From NCBI GenBank assembly GCA_973895155.1, contig OZ316891.1, forward strand, positions 22,333,168-22,397,167: a stretch of DNA of 64,000 nt. Direction: 5' to 3'. Shown piece by piece: positions 34,701 to 47,686 of the stretch. Origin of the DNA: Marsupella aquatica (Eukaryota; Plantae; Marchantiophyta). Every line of letters begins with the position of its first letter. Within the stretch, counting starts at the first letter, position 1. The notes under the pieces are model-generated. The model searched no databases. It was not told where the DNA came from and saw only the letters and a list, made by a program, of their open reading frames with translations. The translations under genes and the position numbers were made by a program.

Positions 34701-36748
34701 GCTTTGAAATAAGGGACTAGGGGAGTGGGTAGAAGTATGTAGAGCAAAGGAAATGAGTAAGGAGGGAGCAAGATTAATTCAATTTTCTTGTGACCCAAGA
34801 GTGAGCACTTTGTAGGGTCTGGTGGACATCTACTCCTTCATGACCTACACTAGATGTATTGGTGTGTTCTGCAGTCTCCCAGCACTGTCCAAGTGTCCAT
34901 CTAAGGAAGAAGGAAAGTGAAGATTGAGTACTCTCTGGTCATAGAAGTGAGATTATAGTATTGTAAATTTTGGAATACACGTTACCAGCATGTGACCATT
35001 GCACGAGACACCTACTAACTATTCTCATAATCTGTTGCCCAATTGTAACCTTTCTTTGTGCAAAAATGACATACTACAAAGGGTCTAGTGTAGTCTAGCT
35101 TCAACCCTCCTCAAAGACAGTAAGGTTTTCATCATTTTTTGGTCCACAGACTAGTAACCCCAGACCAGACCTCCATTGTCCTATACAAAGTGCTATCCTG
35201 GTTAGTGCAAGACCTGGGCGAGACATAAATTGTTTTTGAGATAGGAAATAACGGAAGGGACGAACATAATTCTCCTGTTTCCTTTTTGTGTCTCAACAAT
35301 ACCTACACTGAAACGTCAATGTTATCGCCAGGATCCTTAGAAACATTCGTAAGATTTATTACAAAATTCTTTCTACAGTAAGTTTGACGTAATGAACTAT
35401 GTTTTTGAGTAAACCGAGATGGCACGCCTGTACACATGATCTGCTTACTAGTCAGGGCGACAAGTGACATGTAAAGTGTGATCCGATTACTACTCAGGGC
35501 AGCAAGTTACATGTAAAGTGCTCACTGTATCGAGTAGATTTACGGATAAGGCGGTCGCTCTGTGGAGTGTTACAGAGTACTGTGCTTCGGCGTTCTTCTC
35601 GAGCTTCTGGAATCTGGATGCTATTCACTGCCGAAGGCGCCGCCACCGATGCTGATCGATGCTCTGCGGTCCAAGATGCTTTTGTGACTCGACGAATCTG
35701 TAGCTCTGCTGCACTGAGACGGATCGTATTTTTTTTCCTACGTTTCCGTCGATCGATTGATTGGTTATGGAGTGATTTCTTGTGTTGATTGATTGAGTTG
35801 TAAAGCAATAATGTAGAGTCGCTCCTCGGCGAACAGAGAACTCGCGGACGAAGGAAGAAGACGAAGGAGAAGACCCTCCCCCGGGCGTTTCTTCACCCGT
35901 TGCCCCTTTGCTTGCTTGTGACTCCGCATAGGAGTCCAGAGCAAGCCAACCTGGACGCTACGGCTAGGTCTGTTCGTCAGTCACCGAGACTGCAGTCCGA
36001 GTAGAGGAGCGCGAGCGGAGGAGTTTGAGTTTGGGGCGAGCAGGTCTCGAGTTTCTGACGCTTTTGGGCGACGAGAAGAGGTGTGTGTTGTCTGAAATTC
36101 TGTTGAGTTCTTCGTCGTTTTCTTTGTTTCTTTGTTTCTTTCTTCGGGTGCAGTTGTTGGTGTGAAGGCATTCCAATTTGGAACGCGGTTCTGGAAAGGC
36201 CCTACCCCCCACCGACGCTTGCCTGCTTGAAGAAGCTGGGAAAGAGGTGGGAGAGAGGATCAAACGTAGAGAGGAGGCGGACGTCGTTTATGTTGACCTG
36301 GGAGAGCCCGAGTTTGTACGAATTTATATTGTTGTGAGGTTTTGATTGCTGTGGACTGAAGAAGTCGGCCTGAACCGACAGCAGCAAGCGAGACAGAGAT
36401 TCGAGCTACCGGCGGTCAGGGTTTCTTCTTTAGGGGGTTCACGCTAGCGATGACGCGAGTTTGTTGACCGAAAGGGGGGTTGGACGTTGTGTTGCCTGTA
36501 TCTGACCTTTGCTTGCAATCTTCTCATTTGTATTCCTGCAGTGCACTTCTTGGACGAGGGAGTCGGGAACAAGTAGGGTTTGGTGAGTGGGATAGATAAG
36601 CTCCTTTGTAAGTAAGGCGTGGTATTGTCCTGTGACGCGAAGAGTTGGATTCTGGTGTCTGGGAGTTAGCGGAATTGAAGGATTTTGTTCAGGGAGTTGG
36701 AGACGAGACGTTAAGAGTCGAGTTGGTCACTGAAAGCGTTTATCCGCC

Positions 36749-38659
36749 ATGGAGAGCGTGATTCAGCTCGTGAACAGGATACAACAGGCATGTACGGTGC
36801 TGGGAGACTACGGTGGGGCGGATGGCGCTCTCCCGACGCTGTGGGAGTCGCTCCCGTCCGTCGTTGTTGTCGGAGGTCAGAGCTCCGGTAAGTCATCTGT
36901 CTTGGAGAGCATCGTGGGAAGAGATTTCCTGCCCAGAGGGTCTGGAATCGTGACGAGGCGGCCTTTGGTGCTGCAGCTGCACAAGACGGAAGATGGGCGG
37001 GACTATGCGGAGTTCCTCCACATGCAGGGGAGGAAGTTCTCGGATTTCCACACGGTCAGGAAGGAAATCGCCGATGAGACGGACAGAATCACTGGTCGGA
37101 GTAAGATGATATCCCCCGTCCCGATTCACCTCAGTATCTATTCCCCGAACGTTGTGAATTTGACCCTCATCGATCTTCCAGGGCTGACTAAGGTCGCCGT
37201 GGATGGGCAGCCCGATAGCATCGTTCATGACATCGAAAACATGGTTCGGTCTTATGTTGAGAAGCCCAATTCCATCATCCTTGCTATTTCCCCTGCGAAC
37301 CAGGATATTGCCACTTCGGATGCTATAAAGCTGGCAAGGGAGGTTGATCCCAACGGTGAACGGACGTGGGGTGTCCTGACGAAGCTGGACCTCATGGACA
37401 GGGGAACGAATGCTCTTGAGGTGTTGGAGGGTCGGTCATACCGATTGCAGCTGCCCTGGATTGGAGTAGTGAACCGTTCCCAAGCCGATATTAACAAGAA
37501 CGTGGATATGATCGCTGCTAGGCGTAGGGAGCGGGAATACTTCCAGTCTAGTTCAGATTATTCACACCTAGCTAACAAAATGGGGTCCGAGTACTTGGCC
37601 AAGATGCTGTCCAAACATCTCGAGCAAGTGATCAGGTCTCGAATTCCGAGTATTCTCGCACTTATTAACAAAACTATTGATGAACTTGATGGAGAGATGA
37701 ACCAGCTGGGGAAACCAATTGCGGTTGATGCCGGTGCTCAGCTGTACACCATATTAGAGCTTTGTAGAGCTTTTGACCATGTCTTTAAGGAGCATCTTGA
37801 TGGAGGGCGCCCAGGTGGAGAGCGGATTTACGGAGTGTTTGACAACCAGCTCCCTGCTGCCTTGAAGAAGCTTCCTTTTGACAAGCATCTATCTATGCAG
37901 AATGTGAAGAAAGTTGTCACCCAAGCAGATGGTTTCCAACCGCATTTGATTGCTCCGGAGCAAGGGTATCGACGTTTGATCGAGGGCTCCATCACTTACT
38001 TTAAAGGACCAGGAGATGCTGTCGTTGATGCAGTACACTTCATTCTCAGAGACCTGGTGCGACTGTCGATTCAGGAGACACATGAACTAAGGCGGTTCCC
38101 GACTTTGCAAGCTGAGCTAGCAGCTGCAGCAACTCACGCATTAGAGATTTTCAGAGAGGAAAGCCGTAAAACAGTGCAGAAGCTTGTGGACATGGAGGCC
38201 AGTTATCTTACGGTAGAGTTCTTCCGAAGGCTTCCACAAGAAATTCAAGGCAAGCCGGCACTTCCCGGTGATCGCCCTGAACGCCCTGATCGGCCTGATC
38301 GCCCAGGGTCACAACAAGGTGGCCTAGCCAACAATCCAGCCTCGATGAGCTTGGACCGTTACAATGACGCGCACTTCAGACGCATAGGCTCCAATGTCTC
38401 GGCATACATTGGGATGGTAATGGATACGCTGAGAAACTCACTTCCCAAAGCTGCAGTGCACTGCCAGGTCAGAGAGGCCAAGAGATCAGTGCTTGACAAT
38501 TTCTACACGGACATTGGCAAGAAAGAGGCGAAGCAATTGGCAGCACTCCTAGATGAGGACCCAGCGACGATGGAACGGAGGATTGCCGCTGCAAAGAGGC
38601 TGGAATTGTACAAGAATGCCCGGGATGAGATAGATTCTGTGGCCTGGAACAAGGCTTAA
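36749..38659 (+). CDS. DRP1: Dynamin-related protein 1 (phragmoplastin/DRP1 family), single coding exon, 636 aa
   Basis: Uninterrupted ORF with G1 [29 protein letters not shown], a middle domain and GED ending ...[18 protein letters not shown]. No PH domain or PRD, which fits DRP1 rather than DRP2. Confidence 0.97.
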   Translation: MESVIQLVNRIQQACTVLGDYGGADGALPTLWESLPSVVVVGGQSSGKSSVLESIVGRDFLPRGSGIVTRRPLVLQLHKTEDGRDYAEFLHMQGRKFSDFHTVRKEIADETDRITGRSKMISPVPIHLSIYSPNVVNLTLIDLPGLTKVAVDGQPDSIVHDIENMVRSYVEKPNSIILAISPANQDIATSDAIKLAREVDPNGERTWGVLTKLDLMDRGTNALEVLEGRSYRLQLPWIGVVNRSQADINKNVDMIAARRREREYFQSSSDYSHLANKMGSEYLAKMLSKHLEQVIRSRIPSILALINKTIDELDGEMNQLGKPIAVDAGAQLYTILELCRAFDHVFKEHLDGGRPGGERIYGVFDNQLPAALKKLPFDKHLSMQNVKKVVTQADGFQPHLIAPEQGYRRLIEGSITYFKGPGDAVVDAVHFILRDLVRLSIQETHELRRFPTLQAELAAAATHALEIFREESRKTVQKLVDMEASYLTVEFFRRLPQEIQGKPALPGDRPERPDRPDRPGSQQGGLANNPASMSLDRYNDAHFRRIGSNVSAYIGMVMDTLRNSLPKAAVHCQVREAKRSVLDNFYTDIGKKEAKQLAALLDEDPATMERRIAAAKRLELYKNARDEIDSVAWNKA

Positions 38660-39471
38660 GATAGAAGTGTACTGTGTCAAGTTCTTAGGCATAGTAATTG
38701 TACAGGGAGAAGGTGGTCGACTATTTTGGTGCATCACGCGCATGGGTCACTACTGTGACTATAGGAAGCAGATGGTAAATAATTTTGTGGTAGAGTGAAG
38801 GTAGGTAATTGGAGGTTTCTTTAATTCTTTTTGGAAGACATCAAAGTCCTGCACATGTGAAGTAGGGCTCTCATGCCAGTCGATTAATTTGTGCCGTATC
38901 TCTTACTGCCAGCGCTTTTGAATTTTTCGCCCTCTGATACAAAATGGATAGCTTTTGAGTTGAATGATTTTGGTCCTGCATTTCTTTGAACTTGTAAAGC
39001 CGATTGTCATGTCGTTCTCATGGGATTGACGGTCTTGAGTTTAAACCAAACTTTGCGGCTGCCTGCTTTATCGAGCGGAGAATTTGTAGCGATTACGGTG
39101 TCGTTCCGGTGGGGCCAGGCGTTTGATTTCCCTAGTTGAGCTCTCAATTGACAGAAAACGCCAGTTCGTTTTGGCCAATGTGGTGTTAGAAGTCATTGTC
39201 TCTTCGTGTCATCGACGGTATAGTTACCGTAGAGAATTCGTTGAATTTGAGCTGGCACGCGGGGAGCGCAACTATTCATCGGACATTCGGTCTGTCTGTT
39301 GCTGTTCCATTTAAGTGGCTCGTCGCTTCATCTTTGTGACCTTGGCCTATCGTATATCAGCTTTGGACATGGTCATAAACTAAGCATTTTACTTTGTGGG
39401 CTGGGATTCATTAGTTACTATTCTGCCTTCTCTCACTGACTGTTACTCTTTGGACATTGTGCTTACTGAGC

Positions 39472-39590
39472 GACGACTGGGAAGATTGGATGTTCTGGAT
39501 ACTGTCTCGTGATAGTGTCACCAATAACGAACGGCGACTGGGAAGATTGGATGTTCTGGATACTGTCTCGTGATTATGTCACAAATAACG
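39472..39590. repeat. 61 bp direct tandem repeat
   Basis: cgactgggaagattggatgttctggatactgtctcgtgat..tgtcac.aataacgaa occurs twice. Confidence 0.9.
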
Positions 39591-42120
39591 AAGTTCAAAG
39601 TCTTACATCTCGTCAGGTCTTTTGCTCAATGCTGCTGACTTGTCTTGACAGAGCGCCAGGCATCATTTCTGCATGCCCTGATCTATTATGTTGTGGGTGG
39701 GCCTGTACCTTTTTGAAGCTTTAAATTTCAGATTTGCACGTCTCTTTGCAGTCTATCAAGGAATATGGAAGTACCTCGCCGGTCCCTGTTCACTGCCGGT
39801 CTTTGGGAGTGTGCTGCTCCTGTAGTAGTTTCCAAATTTCTTGTTTGGTTGCCTTTTTTGAGGCGTGGCTTCTTACTCGGTTCCGGCTTCACCGGCCCCG
39901 GCACCTTGACCTCTGGTCCTTCCGGGTGGTTGCCTTCTTGGGCCCCCCTTTCTGTATTCTGGCTTTTTGAATGGAATTCATTGAGTTTTTCGAGGCAAAA
40001 AAGAATATGGAAGTTGGTCTCTCGTCCCGCCCGCGTGCAGCTCATTAGAATGGTATCTGGTACAGAGTCCTGTCAACAGGAGCGCTATCTACTGGAAGGT
40101 CTGTGGATAAGTTGGTGGAAGCATTACTGTAGAATACCGGTAGAATGGTAGGCACACGATATGCGTCTTGGAACTTTTCCTACTGTTACTGGTCAAGATC
40201 CTCCGCAGCTGCTTCGAGATTGCCGCTGCTGTGGTGTCTTGCCCAAAGACAGCCGTGCTTCAAACGTCTCTGGGCTGACTGTTTCAAAGTGGATGCATGC
40301 AACGAGACAGCCATGAAAAGTTTGTTTGGTTCTGACCTCGGCGTAGATTGTCGAAAGCTGCCTAACGCAGGTGGGTGTTGTCACACATCACTGTAGTTGA
40401 CGCAGCCACCTTTGGGCCTTCCAACTCGGTCTCTCGATTGTAAACTCTTTGGATCTCCTGTTTAAAAATTTTTATACAGAAAATGGTAGAGTTTTACTTT
40501 AAAGAACGGGAGGAACGGGAGGATATGAAGGATGACAATTTTGGATCCCCACAAAATTGACTCATAAAATTCTGATGGAGGGAGTACAGGCAAATGAAGA
40601 ACCAAAATTCTTGCACCTACAAAACTTGACTCATAGAACTCTAGCGGAGGGAGTGGGGCATTGTTGTGACCTCAAGTTTTCTGATTTTAGAAATGGTCTC
40701 AATTTGGATGGGGAAAGGAAAATTTGGAGAAGAGTGATAGGCCAAGCGAGAGGGGCATTGGGGCATTCGGTCCCCGTAATCATTTTGTGCAAGTGCCCTC
40801 AAGTTCATTTTAGAAATTGGCTCATGGTGGCTGGGAAAAGGAAAATTTGGAGAAGAGTCACATGCCAATCGACAGGCACATGTAGGCATTTGGTGGCACT
40901 GAAGCATACAAGCACCATAATCCCTGGCCTCCTTGCATATTGTATACTAATTACAAAAGAAATTCAGATGTGCCTCATTTTGTTTAAATTTATGTCGTGG
41001 ACCTTTTTTTGTGGCACATTCCTTTCCATGAATCCACCAGAAAACAGAGGTATATGCTTGATGGACCTGAGTGATCCATGCACTTGATAGACCTTAGATC
41101 AACTTACCCAAAAACTCATGGGGGTAAAACTCATGGGGTTGGTTGAGGAGAAAAGTTTGGTATGAGGATCCATAAAGTACATACCTCCTGTGAAATACAA
41201 GGCAGAAAAACAAGGACAGTCATCAAGTAGACTATACAGTAAACTCATGTTTTGAAAGCATTCTGGGATATAATGTCCCCTACAACAAGAGCTCTGGGAT
41301 ATAATGCCCCCTAAAACAAGAGCTCCAGCTCAAGTTTTGAGGGGCTATTATTGTCCATAATGCTCCAACAAGAGGACCTTATTACACTTGAGGCCTGAGA
41401 GTATTTTATTTTTCTAGCTTAGTAAACGTAGAGGAAAATCTTACAAAAGAGGTGATCCAGATCTGACAGGGCACTATGCTCCCAGAATGCCCTGAAAAAT
41501 ACAAGTGCCCTGTGCCCTGAAAGCAAAAAATCATGAAGGGCTGTTAGGGTGTGTCACAACACTGCCATAAGTAAGGGGGCTTTCCAAGAACTTGGAGGCA
41601 TGAGATAAAATCCTAGCTATTCAAATGTGAGAACCAGTCACACTTCACTTTACATGAACTTGGGGACACAATTATGCAAAACCTTTGCCAATCCTAGTCA
41701 TCTGTAAGGGGGCCCCTTTAATGCTGATGTGTGCACTTTCTTTTGTCAAAAACTTAGACCTCTTCTTTACCAAAGCGGCCACTTCTATTCTGGGTCTTTG
41801 CTCCAGACCTGACACAGGCATTTTAACTTTGTGTGTGCAACTGGCCCTCCGCTTTCCTTTGGATGGAGATGCACTAAGCAACCCAGTGTCTTGTAAAGGC
41901 CCCTAAGGTCTTGTATGTGAAACTTTTTGGACGTACCACCCTTAGGGGGGCAAGCATGTAGATAGGGAGTAGGGTGATTCAAAATACCACCATAATCAAG
42001 GTCTATGGCTAATTAATAAGGACAACTTCCACTTTTTGGACATCTCATCCTTATGGGGCACCTTTATAAGTATTTGGTAAGGTTTTTTGTCTTAACCATA
42101 AAAATATTTTATGTCCTTAT

Positions 42121-42331
42121 TGGGGGATCTCAAACATCCGCTTTGGCAGTCATCCTCTGCCCCCTAGGAAGATGTTAAGGTATTTAGGTAACAGTTATTG
42201 CCAGCCATTTTAGGCAGTCCACAACCTTTGCTAAAAGTTATTTTAGGCAGTCCACAATTTTTGACAGACTAATTTACTTTTGGTGGGCGATTACTTCTCA
42301 CCTACAACTACAGTAGTTTTGAGATGCCCTA
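42121..42331. mobile_element. hAT-like MITE with TAGGGCATCTCAA-type TIRs upstream of GCS
   Basis: Left end tgggggatctcaa matches the TIR at 11/13 positions; right end ttgagatgcccta. The same TIR occurs at 55642-55817. The right terminus plus flank is repeated at ~42398-42475. No TSD found. Confidence 0.5.
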
Positions 42332-42701
42332 GTAACACACTTATGGCCCTTGTATGTACTTGGTCAGTAACGTTTTCGCCCCGGCCATAAAAGCATTTTT
42401 GGGACGCCCTAGTAACTGATTTATGGCCCTTTTATATTTTATATACTTGGTCAGTAACGTCTTTGCCCCTGCCATAAAAGAGCATTTTATGTGCTATCAC
42501 ACGCCCTATTTAAGAGTTTACAATAACCAAACCTTAGGCGAGACTCTAATTACACACTGTAGCAAAGCTAAGGGGCTACGAGGACACTACTACTGCAGAG
42601 GAAGCAAAAAAGACAGCCGAATTTGAAAATTCCTCGTCTCGTCTCGTCTCTCCTCGTGTTCGTGTTCGAGCTCGAGCTCGAGCTTCCAAAGCCGCAGAGC
42701 A

Positions 42702-45700
42702 ATGGGCGTGTGGAGTGGCGTGGAGCTGGAAGCGTGGCTGACCCGAGCCAGTGCATTCTTTTGCCATCCGGTCGCCATCGCCTTTACCATTCAGGTTCTT
42801 CAGCTCTGCTCGATCGCTTCTGCCTTAAAAAATCAAGCGTCTACTGTAGAATGTTTTTCTTAAACAGGTTTGGACAGGACCATCGCCTTCGAGCGGCATC
42901 GTAGGTCGTTTGGGAGATTGAATCGTTGAACTGGATCTTGTGAGGGAGATTTTTGTACCGTCTTCCGGTGCCATCGTAGGTCGTTTTGGAGTTCACATTT
43001 AGAATCGAGTACTGTTGTACTGCTGGATCTAGTGAGGATTGTAAACAATGCTGCACGGGTTGGAACGAACGAAAGACTCTCTGCGCCGGCGGGCGGGCCG
43101 GCGGTCACTGAAAATGAACGTGTCCTCAATGAATGCGCATTGCTCGATTCCCCGTCGTCGTTTTGCGCTGTTTTCGATGATAAGTAATGCCGGCCAATGG
43201 TTGTTACCATTTCGCGCTTGAAAGTCTGGCCAGAATTATCTGCGGCAGAGGCAGATTCGTTCATAATCAAATCATTGCTTAAGCTCATTCTAAATGTGAA
43301 CTGGGCAGCAATGGCAGCGAGCCCCCGGATCGCAGAATGCGGTCTGTTTTAAGATTAGTTGACGACTGAGCTAGAATGTGTTTCGCATTTATGTCGGGGC
43401 CGCTACTGTCTCTCGAGCACGATTTCTCATGGTTCTGAAATCCCGAGAATTCGGTCTTTCAACAAATCGTCGCATCGTGTTGACAGGGTTGTTTCATACA
43501 ATTGGTGCTTGCGATCGGGTACCTTGTGGCTTCCAAAACGAGGTGAGTCACTGCGCACGCCAGTGGAATGCTACTTGCCTTTGTCTTGGCAATAAAAATT
43601 GTGTATATCTCTTGGGAATATTGATGGAGTAGAAGACACCTGCTCTGTTTTAGAAGCGCCAGTACTGACTCCCATTACCTGCCAATATCCCCCAGTGTCT
43701 TTGACAACTGAAACGTTTTCTGCAGAGCAAAGGAATTGAAACGGATCAGAGATGCGGAGGCTGCGGGTAACAGCTTGGCGTTCCTGTATACCAATGTTGA
43801 GGATTTTGAACGTTCTGTCCAAGAACAGCTTCCTCGAGTTTCAGTTATCATGCCGATAAAGGGTATTGGGGAGCATCATTGGAGCAACTGGCGTAGTCAG
43901 GTGTGGTCCTCAGTGCAAACGAGCAGTATAGTTCCAAAAGGATTTATACCTGTTGAAAGTTCTTTTAGGGTTCCCCTACTTAGTTGGTTGTTGAGGAGAG
44001 GTACTGTAGTGAGCTCTACTTTTCCATGGAACAAGGCACTCTGCTCAAAGTAGTCTGCTCGTCTATTCCTGAGTCCGCAGTTCAAATAGAGCTCCTTGAT
44101 CTAAAATTTTCATCTCGTGCTTTCCCAACGCGAATATTGAACTGAATTGGCAGAGGTTTTTAAATTCAAAGAAATTTCTGTGCAGGTTCTTTCGATGTAC
44201 GGTGGACCGATTGAGTTTATTTTTGTTGCAGAGAGCAAGGAAGATTCCGCATATTTCGCAGTCTCTAAGCTCTTAGTCGATCTTAAGGTGGGCAAATCCA
44301 GTTCAAGAGCATACTAGTCGTGTTGTAAAGCTGATCCTCGTGGTTGGTATCTCAACGATTCTGTTCTTCAAGCCACTTGTGGTTTTCTCGCCTCGAACGG
44401 TCAGCTGACGAAGGAATCGTGTGTCAGGGTCAAATTCAAGCCCGAATTATATGCGCTGGGCTTTCCACGACATGCAGTCAGAAAGTCCATAATCAACTGG
44501 TGGGAGTCTCAGCACTGCCATCTGTTAGCAGGGTTTCTTTGTTATGTCTCTCAATTGGGCAATAGTCTACGTTTCCATTTGCTTCTTAAGAAGCCACCCT
44601 TACAGTAATTATTTCCCTCTTCAGTGTTTTATTCATCGAGATTAGTCATGTTATTCGGTCTCTACGTGATGGTAAATTTTTACGTCATTACCGAGCTGGA
44701 CAATGGTTTTAACCTGCCCTTTATTGTGATAGGCAGGTGTGGATGCAATGCATAGAGATTCCAAGTATGTTCTCTTTCTTGATGATGATGTTCGCCTACA
44801 TCCTGGGGCAATTGGCAACGTCGTCACCAAGATGGTGGAGAACCCCAAGGTAACTCTGCTAACCGACCTTTTTCTAATATGTGTTTCCTCAGGTTCTGCA
44901 TCACTTACGTATAACGCTTCCAGTCTTCCTGCAGATTTTTGTGCTTACAGGCTATCCCTTTGATCTTCCAAAAAGGACCCTAGGAGCATACTGCATTTAC
45001 GAGTATCATCTGGTAATTCATCGTTCCGTTCTGGCACGCTGCTCAATGCTCGTTATGATTGCAAGAGAAACTAGTTGCCCTTGAAGGATTGTTTAGGGTG
45101 ACGTGTCGTTACACAACAGATGGTCGTCGTGCAGAACTTCATTTAGACCTTTTCTTTGTGTTTATAACCTTGGAGATGTTTTACAACAGATCTTATGACT
45201 GTGGTTTACTGAAAAGTTTTAGTCTGCAGCCTTGCTCTATTGGATTCGCGACCACTGGTGATCGAACGTTTTTCCTATGGGGTGGATTCATGATGGTAAT
45301 TACCTCGTCCGTCCGATCTTCATTTTCTATCTACGAAGTCAAGTTGAGATCCCTTCTTGGCACGATTTCTACAATTTCGAGAGTTGCGCACGTTGCTCAC
45401 TTGCCGGACGTGCACTTTGTACTGAAGATGAGAGGAAGTCTAAAAACTTCGTTCCCTGTGTAAGCTATTAACAGCTGATCCTTAAATGTCGAGCAGATGC
45501 ATGCTGAAGACTTCAGATCCAATCGTTACGGGATGGTAACAGGGCTAAAAAATGGTGGCTATTCTGACGATATGACCCTCGCTGCCGTTGGAGGTAATCT
45601 CCTTAATTTTCCTCTTTTCCTGAGCGGTTTGTCTCTTCGTCACATTTAGTTTCTAGAAACTCAGAGTGTTACCTGGAGTTTACTATATCTATTGTTAGAC

Positions 45701-47686
45701 GATATATTATGAGCCATGAAAGTACATGTCTAGAGTAAACAATGCACATCATTTCATCCCCAGTATGTCGTTATTGCAGCTGCCAATGGGCGAATGATCA
45801 GCTCTCCTCCGCAAGCAATTTTCTTCCACCCTCTTTCGACCAACTTGAGTTTTTCTCAGTGAGTGTTTGTTTGATATATGGTTCTCTTTGCTTTTTATGC
45901 AATGTTGTACTTGGGAAGAAATTTCAAATTTTATGCAAACCAGGATTTTATCTCTATTCGAATTTGCGTGGCTGTTCACATGAAGCTACTAGGGAGGCCA
46001 GGTATCTTGAGTTTAACTATAGGTTTTTGTTGGCAATCCCGAAGCATTGTTTAGCCCCTGATTTCCTTCCCTGGTTTATGTCCACATCATCCGGTCAACG
46101 CATACATCCAGCCGTGTCATTTATTCATGAACGCTACAGGTGTAGATCCAAGAGTTTCGAAAAGGAGATGGTTGACGAGGAGTTGCATATGTGCAGGTAT
46201 TGGAACTACTTGCAGAAGCAGACAATTGTATTGGAGACGTACATCACCAGTGTGAACTATATGATGAATCGTGCCTTATTCTATACACACTGCTGGTTGT
46301 CGTGGGGTGTTATTTTTCCAACATTCGCAACCCTAGCACATATCACGGCTATTTTGTACTCCTGCTTGCTCGCTCCCGATCTTCAAATTGATCTAAGCAC
46401 TGGTAATTCTTGTCACATTTCATGAAGCTCGTCCATTCCTCAAAGAAAGAACTAGTTTCTCGATGAAAATGTCTGCTTCTTTGGTCTTTGGGTATCGTTA
46501 TGAACTTCCGAGGAGACTAGTGTACGGAAGAGATGTTAAGGAAGCCGCGGGCTTGGGTTTCGTAGCTTTTGCTCATATTGCATTGCAATCATTTTTCTTT
46601 TTCAATAATGTTCAGTGTGGCTCCAAGATCTTGGAAGTGTTGTTAATTGGAGTTTTCTCGAGTACTTATTTTGAATGATTGGTAGTAATCTGGTTTATTC
46701 AACATTTAATAGATATTGATATTTTCTACATTCACAACAACTTCTAGACGTGCATGTTTGGAATAGAGTAAAGGTTGTGTCAAACATGCAAGCTATTCAA
46801 TGTGACATGCCAATTGAGAGATCTGGTGGCTCATCTACACATGTGTGTGCCAATGCAGGACTAGTGATGTCTGGTTGTGCTATATTATCGAAATTGACTG
46901 AACTGTCGGCAATCAGATATTTGTCAAGGGTTGAGATTGGTTTATGCAACGCCTTGTCACCTGAGAACCCTCCTGTTTCACTTCAATCATACGATTGGTT
47001 TCTTGTGCGTGGTTACCACCCAATCCTCCAAGTAAACTTTTTCTTTATTGCAAAGCAGAAAATAGAATCCATAATAAATAGAATCCTTCTTTTTCGAGGA
47101 TTAATCAGTAGCATATATTTTTATCTTTTTCAAGACGGCATTTGAGATCCCAGTAGAGAAAGTCGCAGCAGTAGGTGACGGTGATAGTCCCGAATGTAGG
47201 TTCTGATCTGCCTATGGGATGAGTTCATATCAAACGATAGAGGCAATGTTGATTATTGTTGGTGGCTGAATTGCAGGTTTTCATTGCAACAATCGTTGAC
47301 AACTTCTTGTATCCAGTATCCGCATTCATTTCGACTTTTTCTCAACATATTAATTGGTCTGGTGTTGATTACTATTTCCAGAATGGAAGAATATGCAAGG
47401 TTTGTTATCGCAACTGTGATGCACTTCTGTCGCATCAGAACTTTATGGTTCACGATCTAGAATTGAATTTGACCGTCATTTCTCATAGCTTGATCTCATG
47501 TACTTAACTCTCACTTACCCGATTACAATGGTTTTGCAGATTGAACGGTCAAATAAAACAAAAGGCCAAACCAGCAGTGGATTGGGAGATCTGAGGATCT
47601 TCTTCCAAAAATCCCTTCGCAATGTCCTGGGAGAATCCTTTTCCCGTCAGCCATTTCAAGAGAGTGGACGAATGAAAGAAATGTAA
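42702..47686 (+). CDS. GCS: Glucosylceramide synthase (ceramide glucosyltransferase, GT21), 14 exons
   Basis: Exons 42702-42794, 43487-43542, 43726-43900, 44186-44287, 44428-44499, 44733-44849, 44935-45012, 45230-45295, 45497-45593, 45780-45858, 46197-46402, 46859-47004, 47277-47399, 47540-47686 (518 aa). Motifs LPRVSVIMPIKG, STTCSQKVHNQL, KYVLFLDDDVRLHPG, GGYSDDMTLAA and YWNYLQKQT. Confidence 0.94.

Noticed and set aside
43311-43440. ATGs near 43311-43376 as the GCS start
   Set aside because: All hit early stops; the true first exon is 42702-42794, which matches the GCS N-terminus.
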